In this document: piece by piece, positions 38,952 through 53,208 of the stretch
Numbering within the stretch: the first letter of the stretch is position 1
How the letters are laid out: each line of letters begins with the position of its first letter
NCBI RefSeq assembly: GCF_006345805.1
Contig: NC_042997.1
Span: 184,512,001-184,576,000 of the forward strand
DNA length: 64,000 bases
Reading direction: 5' to 3'
From: Octopus sinensis
Lineage: Eukaryota
Made by a program: the position numbers and the translations under genes
The notes under the pieces: model-generated
Told to the model about the DNA's origin: nothing
Seen by the model: the letters and a program-made list of their open reading frames with translations, nothing else
The model's database searches: none

Positions 38952-41900
38952 AGAAAAACCAAACAAGAAATCGCAACCAAAGCAGGGAGATACCTGAACC
39001 CTGAAAACTCCATACACAACAAAACAAGCACCAACACCACAAAAACAATGCTATCAGCGATAGACACCAAAGACTCCAAACTAATGGAGTACATCACAGG
39101 AGGATACAAACATTTGTGAAGATGACTTTAAAAATAGCAATCATCCACGCACTACACAACCAAAACACATAAAAATACTACACATCACACAAACACAACA
39201 CCACAAACTCAAAGCCCTCTTCCCAAATGCTGTAGGGGGTTTCCAGAAATATAGGTCCAAAAACTATATAAAAAACCTCCTCGAAGACACATCAAAGAAC
39301 GAGGAAGCCAAAACTTTCGACACAAGTAAGTAACTCTCTGTACTTTAATTTGTGGGTTTTAAAGCACACACCCCAATAGAATCATGGTCAAGATTGGTGT
39401 GTGAATGCGCGTGGCTTGGGGTCTCCTTGGAAACAAGGATACCTCCTAAATGACATCAAGTCACATGATTTGGGATCATAGCCATAAGGAGACCAGACTC
39501 CACGAGCCACGGGCCCTAAAGTCCATGTTGGCGGACAGTTTAACATTTATTTCGCTCCCTGTCTGCCAGAGGATGGGCGGGTAGTGGCACCGCGGTACTT
39601 TTTCACAAGAGCCTGGATCTCCGAAGTCAAGACGATATTCGTAGACCCGGATGTTGACGGCAGCAAGGGTGCGCTTTCGACTCGTATCAGTCTACGCACC
39701 GCCCTTAACAGGTCGGGCGGATTTCTTTCGACGTCTAGAAGTATTCTTGGAACGTCTCGTCTTTACTCTTAGTGGGGGATTGGAATGCTACCTGGACACG
39801 CATGTAGACTACGTGGGTAGAGACAGAAACAGAAGGGGATGCAAATGCCTCAGAGACCTGCTCAGACGATTCCAACTGTCTGACAGGTACCGACTCGACC
39901 ACCCAAATGCACCAACGTGGACATGGAGCAAACCGCAGTGGGTCGTCGAGATCGTATCTAGATAGGATACTGTGTAGGACAGTAGACAAGGATAACTTAG
40001 GAGTCCACAATTCCACACAGTCAGCTACACGGATCACAAATTGGTGACGTGTACGCTAGACTTAGATAAGGCACAAGAGACAGGTCCTGGGTACTGGAAA
40101 CTGAACGCATCATTCCCGTCCAGACAAGTTTTCAGAGACCGGATTAGCACACTAGTAAAGAGGGCTTGAGGGGAGCCATCATCAACAACAAATGGTGGTT
40201 TGCCCTCAAGAGAGCAGTAAAAGCAGAAGCGATTAGGTACAGCAAAGCACTAGCCATAGATAGAAATAGAGTAGAGGGTGAGCTAGTAAGAAGCTAGAAG
40301 AGGCAATTAGAAGCGGCATCGCATCCGACGTTTTGGCGGCGAGGTTGGCCCTCGACCAACACTTCAACGCCAAACACGAAGGATGTGCTGTCAGAGCTAG
40401 GATGCGTGCTCTAAGGGAACGGGTGTTGGAGCGCGAGAGAGGGGGTGGCAGAGGCGCAACAGGGCAACAAAGCCACCATTCGGTCACTGGTAGATGAACA
40501 GGGGCGCGAATTGCTCGAGCCAAGAAAATGTGTGAGGCCTTTCAGCAGCATTTTGCCCGACTGTTCGGGACGAGTGGAGGGCAAGAACGTAGGGTGGACT
40601 TCAGTGCCTACCTACATAGCCTGCCACGACTCTCGACAAGAAAGGCAGGGTGCTGCGAAGGTGCCATCACGGCGGCGGAAGTGCAGGGGAAGCGATAGCA
40701 GAATGCTCGAGGGACAAAATCACCGGGTTTGGATGGTCTACCATACGAGTTTTACAATTGTATGCCAGACTTGTTTGGAGACGTCTTGGCAGCGGTATAC
40801 TGCAACTGGCAGCAAAACGGGAGCATACCCGGTTTTGTGAGTCGAGAGCTGTAACTCTTCTGAAGAAAGATCCAAACAAGGGAAAACCATTATAGATAAC
40901 TTTAGACCAATCACGCTGCTCAATGCAGACCTGGAAATTTGACAAGAGGTTGGCAAGAGAGGTTGGCGCTTGTCATCGAGAAACTGGTCGACAACGCACA
41001 AACGTGCGCCGTGCCGGGCCGGAGCATCCATGACAACCTCCATCTGATGCGCTACATCATAGACAGGGTAGTTAACGAACCTGGCATGGGTGGGGGCCCT
41101 GATCAACTTGGATCAATCGAAAGCCTTTGATAGGGTAGACCATCGATACTTGGAGGCAGTCCTGAGAGCGGCTGGTTTCGGTCCCGTCTTCCGCGGCTGG
41201 ATAGCTGCCTTGTACAGAGGCATCCGTTCGGTTAATTCGCGTAAATGGACATCTATCGAAACCTTTCGACATTGAACGTTCGGTCCATCAGGGATGCCCC
41301 CTCTCGGCGCTTCTATACGTATTGACTCTTGAGCACTACTGCGGAAGCTGGCGACTCTAAGGGGCTCCCGCGAGAATTGGGATGCGGGACGAGCGTGTCT
41401 GCATGCGGACGACGTCACCGTATAGTGTCAAGCCACGAGCACATCGAGCGGGTCGGCGAGACACTGAAAGACTACGAAGCGGTGACAGGAGCAAAAATCA
41501 ACCGGGAAAAGTCAGGGGGCTTGCGGCTCGGCGGCAACTGGAGAAGCAAGCCCATGCCGTCCACCAGTACCTCCGTCGTGGGACGCTGGACAGACGGCCC
41601 GGTTGAGTTGCTCGGGGTCTGGTTCGGTCCGGACCTCCAAATGGAGAAGAACTGGAACGAGATAACGAGTAGGGTGGTCACTCTCGCCGGCAATGGTCCG
41701 AGAGGAAACTGAAACTCCCTAAAAGGTCGGGCGGAGGTGGTGAACGCGTACATCGCGTCCATCATCTACTACCGCCTGACGTCGTACCGTCCCGACCCTA
41801 CCATCACCAAACTAGAACGCATTCTCTTCGCTTCTTGTGGAAAGGATGCGTCCCGATGGTCAGGCGATCCATTGCTGTCAACACCCGTTAAAAGGAGGGC

Positions 41901-43116
41901 TGGCATGCCGTGGTTGATGATGCGCAGACACGACATCTCCGGCTCTATGTAGACGACGGTGGAACAGGTGTGGTCGCCGTTTGTGAGGCACGCATTCCCG
42001 CAACTCGTCTCCATGACCGAACTACAGTCGTGGATCAAAAAGAGGCCGAGGAAGGGCGAATGCACCGCGAGTGTCGCGTTGCTCTCAAGCAACTCTGCCG
42101 TCCGGGTTACCTGAGTGACTTCAACCACAAAGCATTCTATAGGGGATAGTGGAGGGGAGGTACGACGACGAGCTCGGGGCAAACCTGGGCGTCGACGAGG
42201 AATACCTGACCCGCCTGTTTCAAACGACTTTCGGCCCGGGACTATGGACAACTTCCAGAGATCCCTGGCCTGGCAGTGCTACCGAGAAGCGCTACCCGTT
42301 GGGATAAGCTCTATAGGCATGGCTCGAGAAACACGGGGCCGACCTACCCGAGATGCGGGCAGAGCGACGAACCCTCTGCACGCAATCGTGTGCAGTGTCC
42401 AGCATTTCCCACCTGTGGGCTTATGTCGAACGACTGCTGTCACGTGTGGGGCGTGTCGGTTTATCAGCCGAGTCTATCGTTAATATCGTCACGCCTCCTT
42501 CCTTCAACGGGAAGGAAGAGCTATTTTTATCATACTTGTGGCTATGGCGAAAGAATGTATCTGGTGGACGCGCCTGAAAGGATTAGACAAACACTTTCCT
42601 CTCTGGTCAATCTCTCATCAACTTCTTCAAGTATCACTTGAAGAGGAAAGTGAGAGTAGAGAGGCAAGTTTTGTCTAGTGAATGTTTTAAAAAAAGATGG
42701 GGAATGTAGCAAGGATGGCAAGTATGAATGACGAATCCACCTTGACTATGATTCTATGAACCATAAAAATTAATACAGAGAGTTGCTTATTTGCAAAAAA
42801 AAAAAAAAAAAAAAAAATAAAACATGTGACTTCATTGACCGAGGTTACCGTGGTCGTTTCCGTAGGCTTTTCTTTCCACGGGTAAACCCACCTGTCCTCC
42901 TTTACACTTCATATTGACATTTCTGTGATAACGATCGCTATTATTCATTTTTTTCTCCCCCCCCTTTTTTTAACCCCCCCTTTTTTTGTCCTTTCTTTCC
43001 TTTACGATCCTTTTGATCGAAAACCACACTCTCTTTTTTTTTTTTTTTACCCCCAAAAGAAAAGCTCTACCTTGTAATTTATTCTATGTGTGCAGCCTGT
43101 GTGCTAATAAAGAAAC
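38951..43116 (+). mobile_element. L1/Tx1-clade non-LTR retrotransposon (ORF1 tail, ORF2, 3' UTR) inside (TATC)n
   Basis: ORF2 motifs (next entry); pyrimidine-rich 3' UTR ending AATAAAGAAAC with no poly(A); TATC arrays at both junctions. Confidence 0.9.
39384..42759 (+). pseudogene. Disrupted ORF2: APE endonuclease, RT, C-terminal CCHC-like motif
   Basis: VNARG, LVSVYAP, DHK, YWKLNASF; FRPITLLNAD, LINLDQSKAFDRVDHRYL, QGCPLS, ADDVTV, GAKINREKS, LGVWFG; YPRCG..DE..H region; many frameshifts. Confidence 0.9.
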
Positions 43117-43196
43117 ATATCTATATATCTATCTATCTATCTATCATCTATTCTATCTATCTTATCTATCTGTCGGTCAGTCTGTCTGGTCTGTTG

Positions 43197-43245
<49 letters not shown>

Positions 43246-43357
43246 TATCTATCTTCATATGAATATAGCTTGTTCTAGAAAACTTACTTTTGACATGTTT
43301 TGCCTATTTCTGTTCTATTTTTATCTTATATCCATGATCTTGTGACTTGGTTCCTTT

Positions 43358-43420
<63 letters not shown>

Positions 43421-44104
43421 TATATATACATACACACACATACATACATACGTTCATTAATGCATATATACATACATACATACATACATACATACATACA
43501 TACATACGTATGTATGTGTTTGTATTACATATATATATATGTATGTATATGAGTATCTATATGTGCGTACATACATTTATCTTGAAATATGTGTATATAC
43601 ATATACAACCATTTGTATGTGTGTGTTATGTGTGTGTATCTATATACACATATATATATGTATGCACATATTTCCATCCATAGATATTAAATACACACTT
43701 ACAGATAATCGTGTGTATACATATGTATATATAAAATATGGTATATGTATATATTTATGTAAGTATTTGAGTGTAAGTGCATGTATATGTGAGAGCATAT
43801 AATAGAACTCACTATCTTTATTTTCTCTGAATCTTATCCAAAAAGTTAATATTTATTTTATTTTTCAACTTCTCACTTTGAAATACTTTGCTTTGAACTC
43901 TACCGTCAACAAAGTACATACATATGCATACCCCCGCTTTCTTTCTTTTCCTCTTTGTCTCACTTTCACTCGCTCTTTCTCATAAACACACCTTCACAGT
44001 CTCTCCAAACCCAGGGATACATTTGAGTTCACAAATGCAAACATATCTCTCTCTATGTATATATATATACATATATACATACATACATACATATATACAT
44101 ACAT

Positions 44105-44319
44105 ACTCTTTTACTTGTTTCAGTCATTTGACTATGGCAATGCTGGAGCACCGCCTTTAGTTGAGCAAATCAACCCCAGGAATTATTCTTTATAAGCCTA
44201 GTACTTATTCTATCGGTCTCTTTTGCTGAATCGCTAAGTTACGGGGACGTAAACACACCAGCATCGGTTGTCAAGCGATGTTGGGGGGACAAACACAGAC
44301 ACACAACACACACACCACA

Positions 44320-44365
<46 letters not shown>

Positions 44366-44507
44366 TTATATATATATATATATATACGACGGGCTTCTTT
44401 CAGTTTCCGTCTACCAAATCCATTCACAAGGCTTTGGTCGGCTCGAGGCTTTAGTAGAAGACACTTGCCCAAGGTGAGACTGAACCTGGAACCATGTGGT
44501 TCGTAAG
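44105..44507 (-). mobile_element. Family-1 SINE, head partly lost
   Basis: Same body and tail as 2717-3076. Confidence 0.85.
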
Positions 44508-44535
44508 ATTGACACATAATATCTATCTATCTATC

Positions 44536-44594
<59 letters not shown>

Positions 44595-46622
44595 ATTCTA
44601 TCCATCTATCTATTTCACACGCACACAGGTAGGCATACATACTACCAACCGGTGAATTATATACGGGAACCGAATCTCTGTTCCTTATTTACGTCTTTCT
44701 ACATCACATATAGACTTCTACCGACTTCATCAGTCACATCCGCATACACATCCCTGACACTTTCCTTTACTGCACCGATCCCCAAACAGGAAAACTGGTG
44801 CCGTTCCTTCAACACTATTTCCAAATCCATCCATCCATCCATCTATCCATCCACCCATCCATCCATCCATCCATACATACATACATACATACGTACGCAC
44901 ATACATATATATATATGCATACATACATACATAACTACATACATACATACATACATATAGTACATACATACATACATACATGCATACATACATGAATGCT
45001 GCATGCACACACATACGCACACACACACAAATACACACGCCGTCCTCTTCTTTTTATATATGGATATATATTTTGTGATATTTGTAAGATCTTAGTTTCG
45101 TCATATCCACGTCATAGAATGACTAAATCCAACACAGCCAACAGCGACCATCAAACCTACTATTCAAAACACCACCACCACCAACAACAACAACAATAAC
45201 AACACGACGACGACCACCACCACCACCACCACTGATAACAGTAATATCAATAACAATACCATCACTAACAAGACCACCATTCCTACCAAACGACCACCAG
45301 CCTGCTACGAAAAACACTCCTCATTAAAGATCTCTCCTACCACCATTTCGACGAAAAAAAAAATGGACATGTTTTTCTCATCTAGGATACGTCTTAACGA
45401 TGTCATTCTTTCTCTGTATTTTTTCCTATTCTCTGCTTTTTTCCTTTTCATTTCCTCTCTTTTCAATTCCGTGGAACCCTTTGCCAATTCTTCTTTGAAG
45501 TCAGAATTGTCGCGTGACCAGAATGCGAAGATATACTTTCAGATGTGAAGCTCCCTTTACAACTTTTCGCCGATATTCTTTTATATACGACATGACAGCC
45601 GCTGGTTTAATCAATACTGGCGATTAAAACCTTTACTATCGATTTTACTACATACAACTTTCATGCGTATCTGCGGGGAGGTTTCATCCTGACGGAATTG
45701 TTCCCTAATCTTTTAAGCTAAGGAAATCATCCTATTTCTTACTAATTGAAACAGTACATGTATGTATATATATATATATATATATATATTTATTTATATA
45801 TGTGTGTGTGTGTGTGTGTTGCGTGTATCTGTGTATGTTTGTGGGTATGTGTGTATGTGTGTAGGTATGTATGAATGAATGCATTTTTATATATAATTGT
45901 CGCTAGATTGATGGACGGCCTGTTGAATGTAAATATGTATATACTATACATACTTACATACATGCATTCATACATACAAACGTATGTGTGTGTGTGTGTG
46001 TGGTGGTGTTTCTCTGAGTCAATGCTTGAATATGAGTATATATATATATGCATGTGTGTGTTTGAATGTGTGTGTATACTGTAAGCAATTCACGATATAT
46101 TCGCGGAAACCTATATCGAACTAACATTTATACATACATCTCGTATATACATATATATTCTTAGCACATATACTTATTTGTATATATATATATTACATGC
46201 ATCTATATGCGTATATCTCTGTATCTGCGTGTGAGTTGTGTGTATTGACGGGTTATACGGAAAACGAGAAGATAGATATTGACAATGCTAGTAAAGAATT
46301 GTGACACAACTACTTATCTTAGAAAAGCTCTGGGAGTCAGAAATAACGGTGAAGAGAAATGGAAAGATAATTATATCTCTATGTGTGTGTGTGTATATAA
46401 TATCTATGGATGGATATATGTGCATACGTATATATAGCTATATAGATACACACACACACACACACACACACACAACACACACACAAATGGTTGTATATGT
46501 ATATATATATATATGTGTATATATATATATGTATATATATGTATATAAATATATACACATATTTCAACATAAATGTATGCACACACATATAGAAACTCAT
46601 ATTCATACATACATACATACAT

Positions 46623-46667
<45 letters not shown>

Positions 46668-46771
46668 TAGTATACACGATACATAATCAAATGCGTATGC
46701 GTGTTTGTATGTAATATATGTATTCATTCATGTATGTATGCATGTTTGAGTGTGTGCTATATATATATATA

Positions 46772-46802
<31 letters not shown>

Positions 46803-46901
46803 TACGTATGTATATATGTATTTATGAATGTATATATATATATATGTATATATATGTATATTATATGTATATATATATATATATATACATATTATATATA
46901 T

Positions 46902-46932
<31 letters not shown>

Positions 46933-46992
46933 ATATATATATGTAGTATATATATACATATATATATATGAATATATATATATACATATATA

Positions 46993-47039
<47 letters not shown>

Positions 47040-47457
47040 CATATATATATATATATGTATGTGTGTATGTATTTATGTATGTATGTATATATGAATGTAT
47101 GCATGCAAAAATAATAACGGGCGAAACGTTATTTAGATTCAGAGATTTGGAGAGCGGCATAACAATAATTGATGCAGTCAGAATCGAGCATTCATGGTTT
47201 ATTTCTCCTGATTTATTGTAAATAGAATGAGCTACCAATTAAATGATTTTGTGAAGTTAGGCAAAGTAAAATCCATTAATATGTCAGAAGCGTCAGTTCC
47301 TTTTTTAATTGCTGTTTGCTATATAATGGCTAAGAATCATAGATAAGGAATTGAGCCAAACAGGGCGATCCTGTATGTGATTGGTCAGTCTTTTAGAAAT
47401 AGCAATGAAATCTCCTACAGAATATCAGGATATATTCCACTGTCTTAAGATATATTT

Positions 47458-47674
47458 GTTTCGTTATTACCCACAGGGAGCTAAACATAGAGGGAACAAA
47501 CAAGGACAGACAAACGAATTAAGTCGATTACATCGACCCCAGTGCGTAACTGGTACTTAATTTATCGACTCCGAAAGGATGAAAGGCGGAATTTGAACTC
47601 AGAACGTAATGGCAGACGAAATACGACTTCGCATTTCGCCCGGCGTGCTAACGTTTTTGCCAGCTCGCCGCCTT
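47458..47674 (-). mobile_element. Family-2 SINE (Nin/Deu-domain-like) with Tx1-like tail
   Basis: Minus-strand head AAGGCGGCGAGCTGGC...GAGTTCAAATTCCGCC; tail ...GTTTAGCTCCCTGTGGGTAATAAC. Confidence 0.85.
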
Positions 47675-47819
47675 GTAAAATGAAAAAGATATATTGGATA
47701 GCTTAATCTACTGCCTAAAAGTGCAGGTGGAATAGTCACGGTTGGAATGCATTAGTTTGACTCTTGGTTAAGAACCAATAATAGAAATAACTGAAGGAAA
47801 TGACTACAATATATAAATA

Positions 47820-48075
47820 TTGTAGTCACATGGTTTGGGGTTCACTCCCACTGCATGGCACCTTGGGCAAGTGTCTTCTACTAGAGTCTCGTGAATGGAT
47901 TTGATAGACGGAAACTGAAAGAAGCCCGTCATATATATATGTTCATATGTATTTACGAGTGCCTTTGTGTCTGTATTAGTTCCGCCCTCCACCGCTTGAC
48001 AACCGACGTTGGTATGTTTATGACTCCGTAATTTAGCGGCTTGGTTAATGAGACCGATAGAATAAGTATCAGGCG
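47820..48075 (+). mobile_element. Degenerate family-1 SINE
   Basis: GGTTCACTCCCACTGCATGGCACCTTGGGCAAGTGTCTT (CORE-like) ...GATAGAATAAGTA. Confidence 0.8.
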
Positions 48076-48123
48076 AAATACCGCTAAGCATTTCGTTCTG
48101 CGCGCTAACGATTCTATCAGCTC

Positions 48124-48203
<80 letters not shown>

Positions 48204-48459
48204 TGGGGTCTAGAGAAAGGCAAGACGTGGCATCAGCACAAACAGCGGAGAGTGGCGGAATCGGAGACCAGCAAAATCCTTTGAGATTTCCCAATCCAAG
48301 CAGATCAGTTGTTAGAGCATAACAGATCGGACCTAGGTGACAGTGGACAATGTGCACCATATGTGCTATATAGTTGATACTGTGTACCCCTTTGACCCAG
48401 AAATAGTCAAGAAGGAAGGCGAAAAAAGAGATGTATACAATCCTCTTAAGTACGAAATA
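48204..48459 (+). mobile_element. R4/Dong-clade LINE fragment (restriction-like endonuclease region)
   Basis: Translation KIL*DFPIQADQLLEHNRSDL / VTVDNVHHMCYIVDTVYPFDPEIVKKEGEKRDVYNPLKYEI fits the WDF.IQTD...HNRPD...IIDVA.P.D...KE.EK..KY pattern. Confidence 0.75.
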
Positions 48460-48930
48460 GCCCAGCTGGTACTTAATTTATGAAAGGCAAAGTCGACACC
48501 GGCGGAATTATAATTCAGAACGTAAAGACAGGAAATACCCATTTCTTTACTACCCACAAGGGGCTACACACAGAGGGGACAAACAAGGACCAACAAAAGG
48601 ATTAAGTCGATTACATCGACCCCAGTGCGTAACTGGTACTTAATTTATCGACCCCGAAAGGATGAAAGGTAAAGTCGACCTCGGCGGAATTTGAACTCAG
48701 AACGTAGCGCCAGACGAAATACGGCTACGCATTTCGCCCGGCGTGCTAACGATTCTGCCAGCTCGCCACTTTAATAATAATAGTAATGGTTTGAAATTTT
48801 GGTACACGGCCAGCGGGTTGGGGAGGGGATAAGTCGATTAAATCGACTCCAGGTTTCAACTGGTACTCATTTTATCGACCTCGAATGAATGAAAGGCAAA
48901 GTCGGTCCCGGCAGAATTTGAACTCGGTGT
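48455..48930 (-). mobile_element. Chain of three family-2 SINEs (partial, full, partial)
   Basis: Repeated GGTACTTAATTTAT...GAAAGGCAAAGTCG...GGAATTTGAACTC blocks; full copy 48541-48772. Confidence 0.85.
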
Positions 48931-49634
48931 CAAGCTTCGTTTCACGAACTAGTAGTAGTAGTAGTAATAATAGTAGTAGCAGCTGTAATAGTAGTAGTAA
49001 TATTAGTAGTAGTAGTTGTTTGTGCTGGTGGTGCTGGTGGTAGTGGTGTTGCGATACAGGTTTAATACACAATCATGTATCAAAATATACCATGTAAATT
49101 ATTCCTTATAAATTATTTGTATGTTCTAGAGTATTACAGCTGAGCTGGAACTAAAGCTGTTAATGAATAAATGAAAAATACAGAAAATATGAAGCGCAAA
49201 GAGTGATAGTTTATAAAAATTTCTCTCACTTAGTTGCCATTCTTAAATATTCTATTGTCCATTATCCTCCATCCGTAGCGTTCACCAAAAATATGGGTAT
49301 ACACTATTGCTTAACTCCAAATTTCGCTTGGTGGTGCAAACATATGATCAAAGCCCTTTGATCTGCGACCATTCCGACTGTTTCAAAAATGAATGAAATA
49401 GCGCAATACATGATTGTCAAAGAGAAAGAAATGTTAAGAACTTCGTAATATGTAAGCCAAAAGATGTATATTCTATGCATATCCTTCCTTATTCCTTACT
49501 TTCAAATTCAAACTGCTAATACCGTCAAATGTTAGGAAAAATTGTTAACTCCCTTGTGCAAACTACCCGCTAGGGTAGTATATGTGTTACCTAATCAATC
49601 ATGTCCATTTTTGTACAGGGTGTGATTTGAGGTG

Positions 49635-50155
49635 CCGTAAATCCTCGAGTATAGTCCGCCCTTGAGTATAATACGCAGGGGATTTTTAGGGGTCTGTACT
49701 TCTGAAAAACCTAAACCTGTGTATAATACGCACCCCTTTTCTAACTTGAGTCGTGCGTAATTAAGCCAGCTGCACCTAGTCGAACAAACACTTCCGCGCA
49801 TGCGTAATACAATAATGGTGACGTTCTTAACTGTTATATGGGAATGTAAATGTGTTTGCAAATTGTTTTTGTTACATGTTATTCTGTGTTCTGAATACTT
49901 TTATTTTAATAAATGTTGCTTACTGCAAGTTATGGATGATTCTTTTATGACTTCATTGCTTTCAGGCTTAGCTTAATGTATTTTCACGCTCGACATCACA
50001 AAATGCGTCTGAATAAACATTGCCAGACAGCAAATAGAGACTCAGACATTACTTAGAATATATTTTTAATTTTTAACCACGTATATGGTACGCACTGGGG
50101 ATTTTGACCTTTAAATTTTGGGAAAAAACTGCGAATTATACTCGAAGATTTACGG
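49635..50155. mobile_element. Tc1/mariner-superfamily (pogo-like) MITE, ~520 bp
   Basis: TIRs CCGTAAATCCTCGAGTATAGTCCGC / GCGAATTATACTCGAAGATTTACGG followed by TA. Confidence 0.8.
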
Positions 50156-50865
50156 TAGATATGGATACTGTTTTTAGCAGGTTTAGAGATAGCTTACTAC
50201 ATGCTTATGGAGAAGCATTTTGTTCATGTGGCTTCTGCTTCGATGCAATAATACAAAGGCGTGTATACACAAACAACTTTTTAAAGGTTTACATCTATAT
50301 AAACCATGTATGTATATATACTTATACACAAGCAAATACACGCACATATACATTAAAAATTTATACTGATTTCATAATATTAAAGTAATTGCTAGGTCAG
50401 ACACTGCCAAACATGAAAGAACGTTTCGGGAGTGGATGAGAATGATTTTTATGTTTCCTTCAATATTAGACTTCAGTGAAGTATCGGAAGATTTTGAAGC
50501 GGAAGAATATTCAGAAATATAGAGAGTCGTACAAAGGAAAAAGGAAATATCACAGAAGAGAACAAAAAGAAACGGAGGAGAGGAAAAAGAAGCTATTTTG
50601 GTTGAGAACAAATAAATAAATAAATAAATATTGGTGCCTGAAATAATTGCAAATGCATTTTTCTTCAATATGGATGATGGAACAAGAATACTGAAATAAA
50701 GGTAAGCTTTTTCTTTAAAAAGTAGAGAGAAAATGGAAGAAAATCAATGCAACGGTATGAGTCGACAAGAAAAATATGAAAATATATATATATATATATA
50801 TCACTATATATTTATAAACACACACACACACATGACAGACACACGACACACACATCGCTATATAT

Positions 50866-50904
<39 letters not shown>

Positions 50905-50940
50905 GGATATATATGGGTATATATGGATATATATATATAT

Positions 50941-50995
<55 letters not shown>

Positions 50996-51471
50996 ATCTA
51001 TATGGATATATATTATGGATATATATATATATGGATATATATCCATGTATATGGATGTATATATATTATATATATATATGTCCCAATGTCATATATATAT
51101 ATGAGATGTGATATGAAAAGGACCTTTGTTGCATTGTGAGTCAGTGGCAGGAGAAATTTAACACCGTATGTGAACTTAGTGAAATAGATAAAAAGCGTGT
51201 TGTATGCCTTTCATGTATAAAGAGCATTTGTCACAAAAATGAATACGTCTTTCGTGAAAGACTTTTCTATTTACTTTCGGAAATTGGAAGAAATTGGAAC
51301 TGAACGAAGATTAAGATCGATATATAGCGGTCGGCTTTCCTTATAGTGCTTCATACATTAAGTGAATAGATTGAATGCAAATGTGTGTACATACTTACAT
51401 AATTACATACATGTATATGAATACACACATATATATGTATATATTCATATATATATATTATATATATATAG

Positions 51472-51511
<40 letters not shown>

Positions 51512-52139
51512 GTATGTATATATGTATATATACTAGTATGTATGTACACAAATACATCTAGGCATCAATTTCATAATCATAGCTAGGTCTATGTTTGAAG
51601 GGAGGTGTAATGTCTATATCTGTGTGTTTGTGTGTGTGTGTGTGTGTGTGTATCTATACATACATGTACATACACACACATAGACACATATATACAGAGA
51701 AACGCATGTGTATGTATATACATGTATATGTAAGTATGTACATGTATGTATATATATATATATATAATATATATATGTATAAGTGTACGTATTATATGCA
51801 TATGTGCGTTTGTGTGTGCATGTGTGTGTGTGTGTGTGTTTGAGCATACTTATAGTTATATAAATTACTTCAAAGATGCAGATATACATCTCAAACATTC
51901 AAGTAGAATAACACACAGAAACTTGCATGGCCATGTTCATAATTTGATCTTGTGTTTTGCGTCACATTTCTTGCTATTGATCGATAATATTGGTGACGAT
52001 ATAGCATTCATAGATTCCACGCATTCAAAAGAATCTCTGAAGTTTCCTTCGCGTTTCTTCTTTTAAACACTCCTCTGAGAGAACATGTACACATACATGC
52101 ATATCATATATATCATTATAACACACACACACACGCTCG

Positions 52140-52177
<38 letters not shown>

Positions 52178-52183
52178 CGGATC

Positions 52184-52232
<49 letters not shown>

Positions 52233-53208
52233 CGAATGTGATGTATATATATATACGCGTGGGTATGTTTACCATTGTATATCGGCATTAAAGAGTAGAA
52301 GCAAATATGTTAAAAGAAACCTTATCTTAAATAATATTCAAAGGCAACACATTGAAAACTGTCCTGTATTGTGTTATAAGTATGTGATCAACAACTAATA
52401 CTATATTTTGATTTAGTTTCATTGGCCACGGAATGTTATTCGATTCTTTTATTTATTCTGTAAGCCAGTTGCTATTTGTTTAATAGTTGATTGGATGCTG
52501 TACGAGTTTTTCATCTATCTGGCCATGAGTTCTTATCACATCATATGTGCAGTTAATATTGTCGCAATAGAATCAACCCCTCTTTCGAAAAGAAATGATG
52601 GTAACCACTCCCCACCACTAATATGTGAAAATATTATATTTCTAAAATAGCATAGATATTGATTATGCCATGTTCTGAGGATTGCTGAATATATATGAAG
52701 TAGCTAAAACGGAATTGCACCAAGAGACTCTGAACTACTCGCATGTTACTTAGAAACCAGAGAATCTAAAGACTTGCTGGGAGATTGTGAATATTAATAA
52801 CGTTATAATAAGTTTTAGTAGCTTCAACTTCATAACCCGCGCCAAGAAGAGAGTGTATTCTCGGTCTATGGACCATCTCGAAATTGTAGCCAAATTTCCC
52901 TCAAAGGAGGGTGAGAGTTACGGCCTCCTACATACGCTATATCTGATTATAAGACTGGGTGGATCACTGCTGGAACACCGTTGATCAAATGTGTGCTCTA
53001 TCTGGGTTGATCTGGGGTTACACAATAACCAGACAAAAGGAGAATCTCTACGTATTCATTCCACCGGCAAAAAATAGCCATCAAATTTAAACCACAGCAC
53101 ACATAACCATCGTAAAAGAGAAGAAATATGTATGATAATGTGACCCTATATCTTCTCTGCTTGATAATATGACTGAATGATCACGACTGGAATATTCTTG
53201 ACCATATA

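Noticed and set aside
45305-45548. Lys/Glu/Arg-rich minus-strand ORF (similar cases near 50460 and 55870)
   Set aside because: Explained by purine-rich low-complexity sequence; no splice or domain support.
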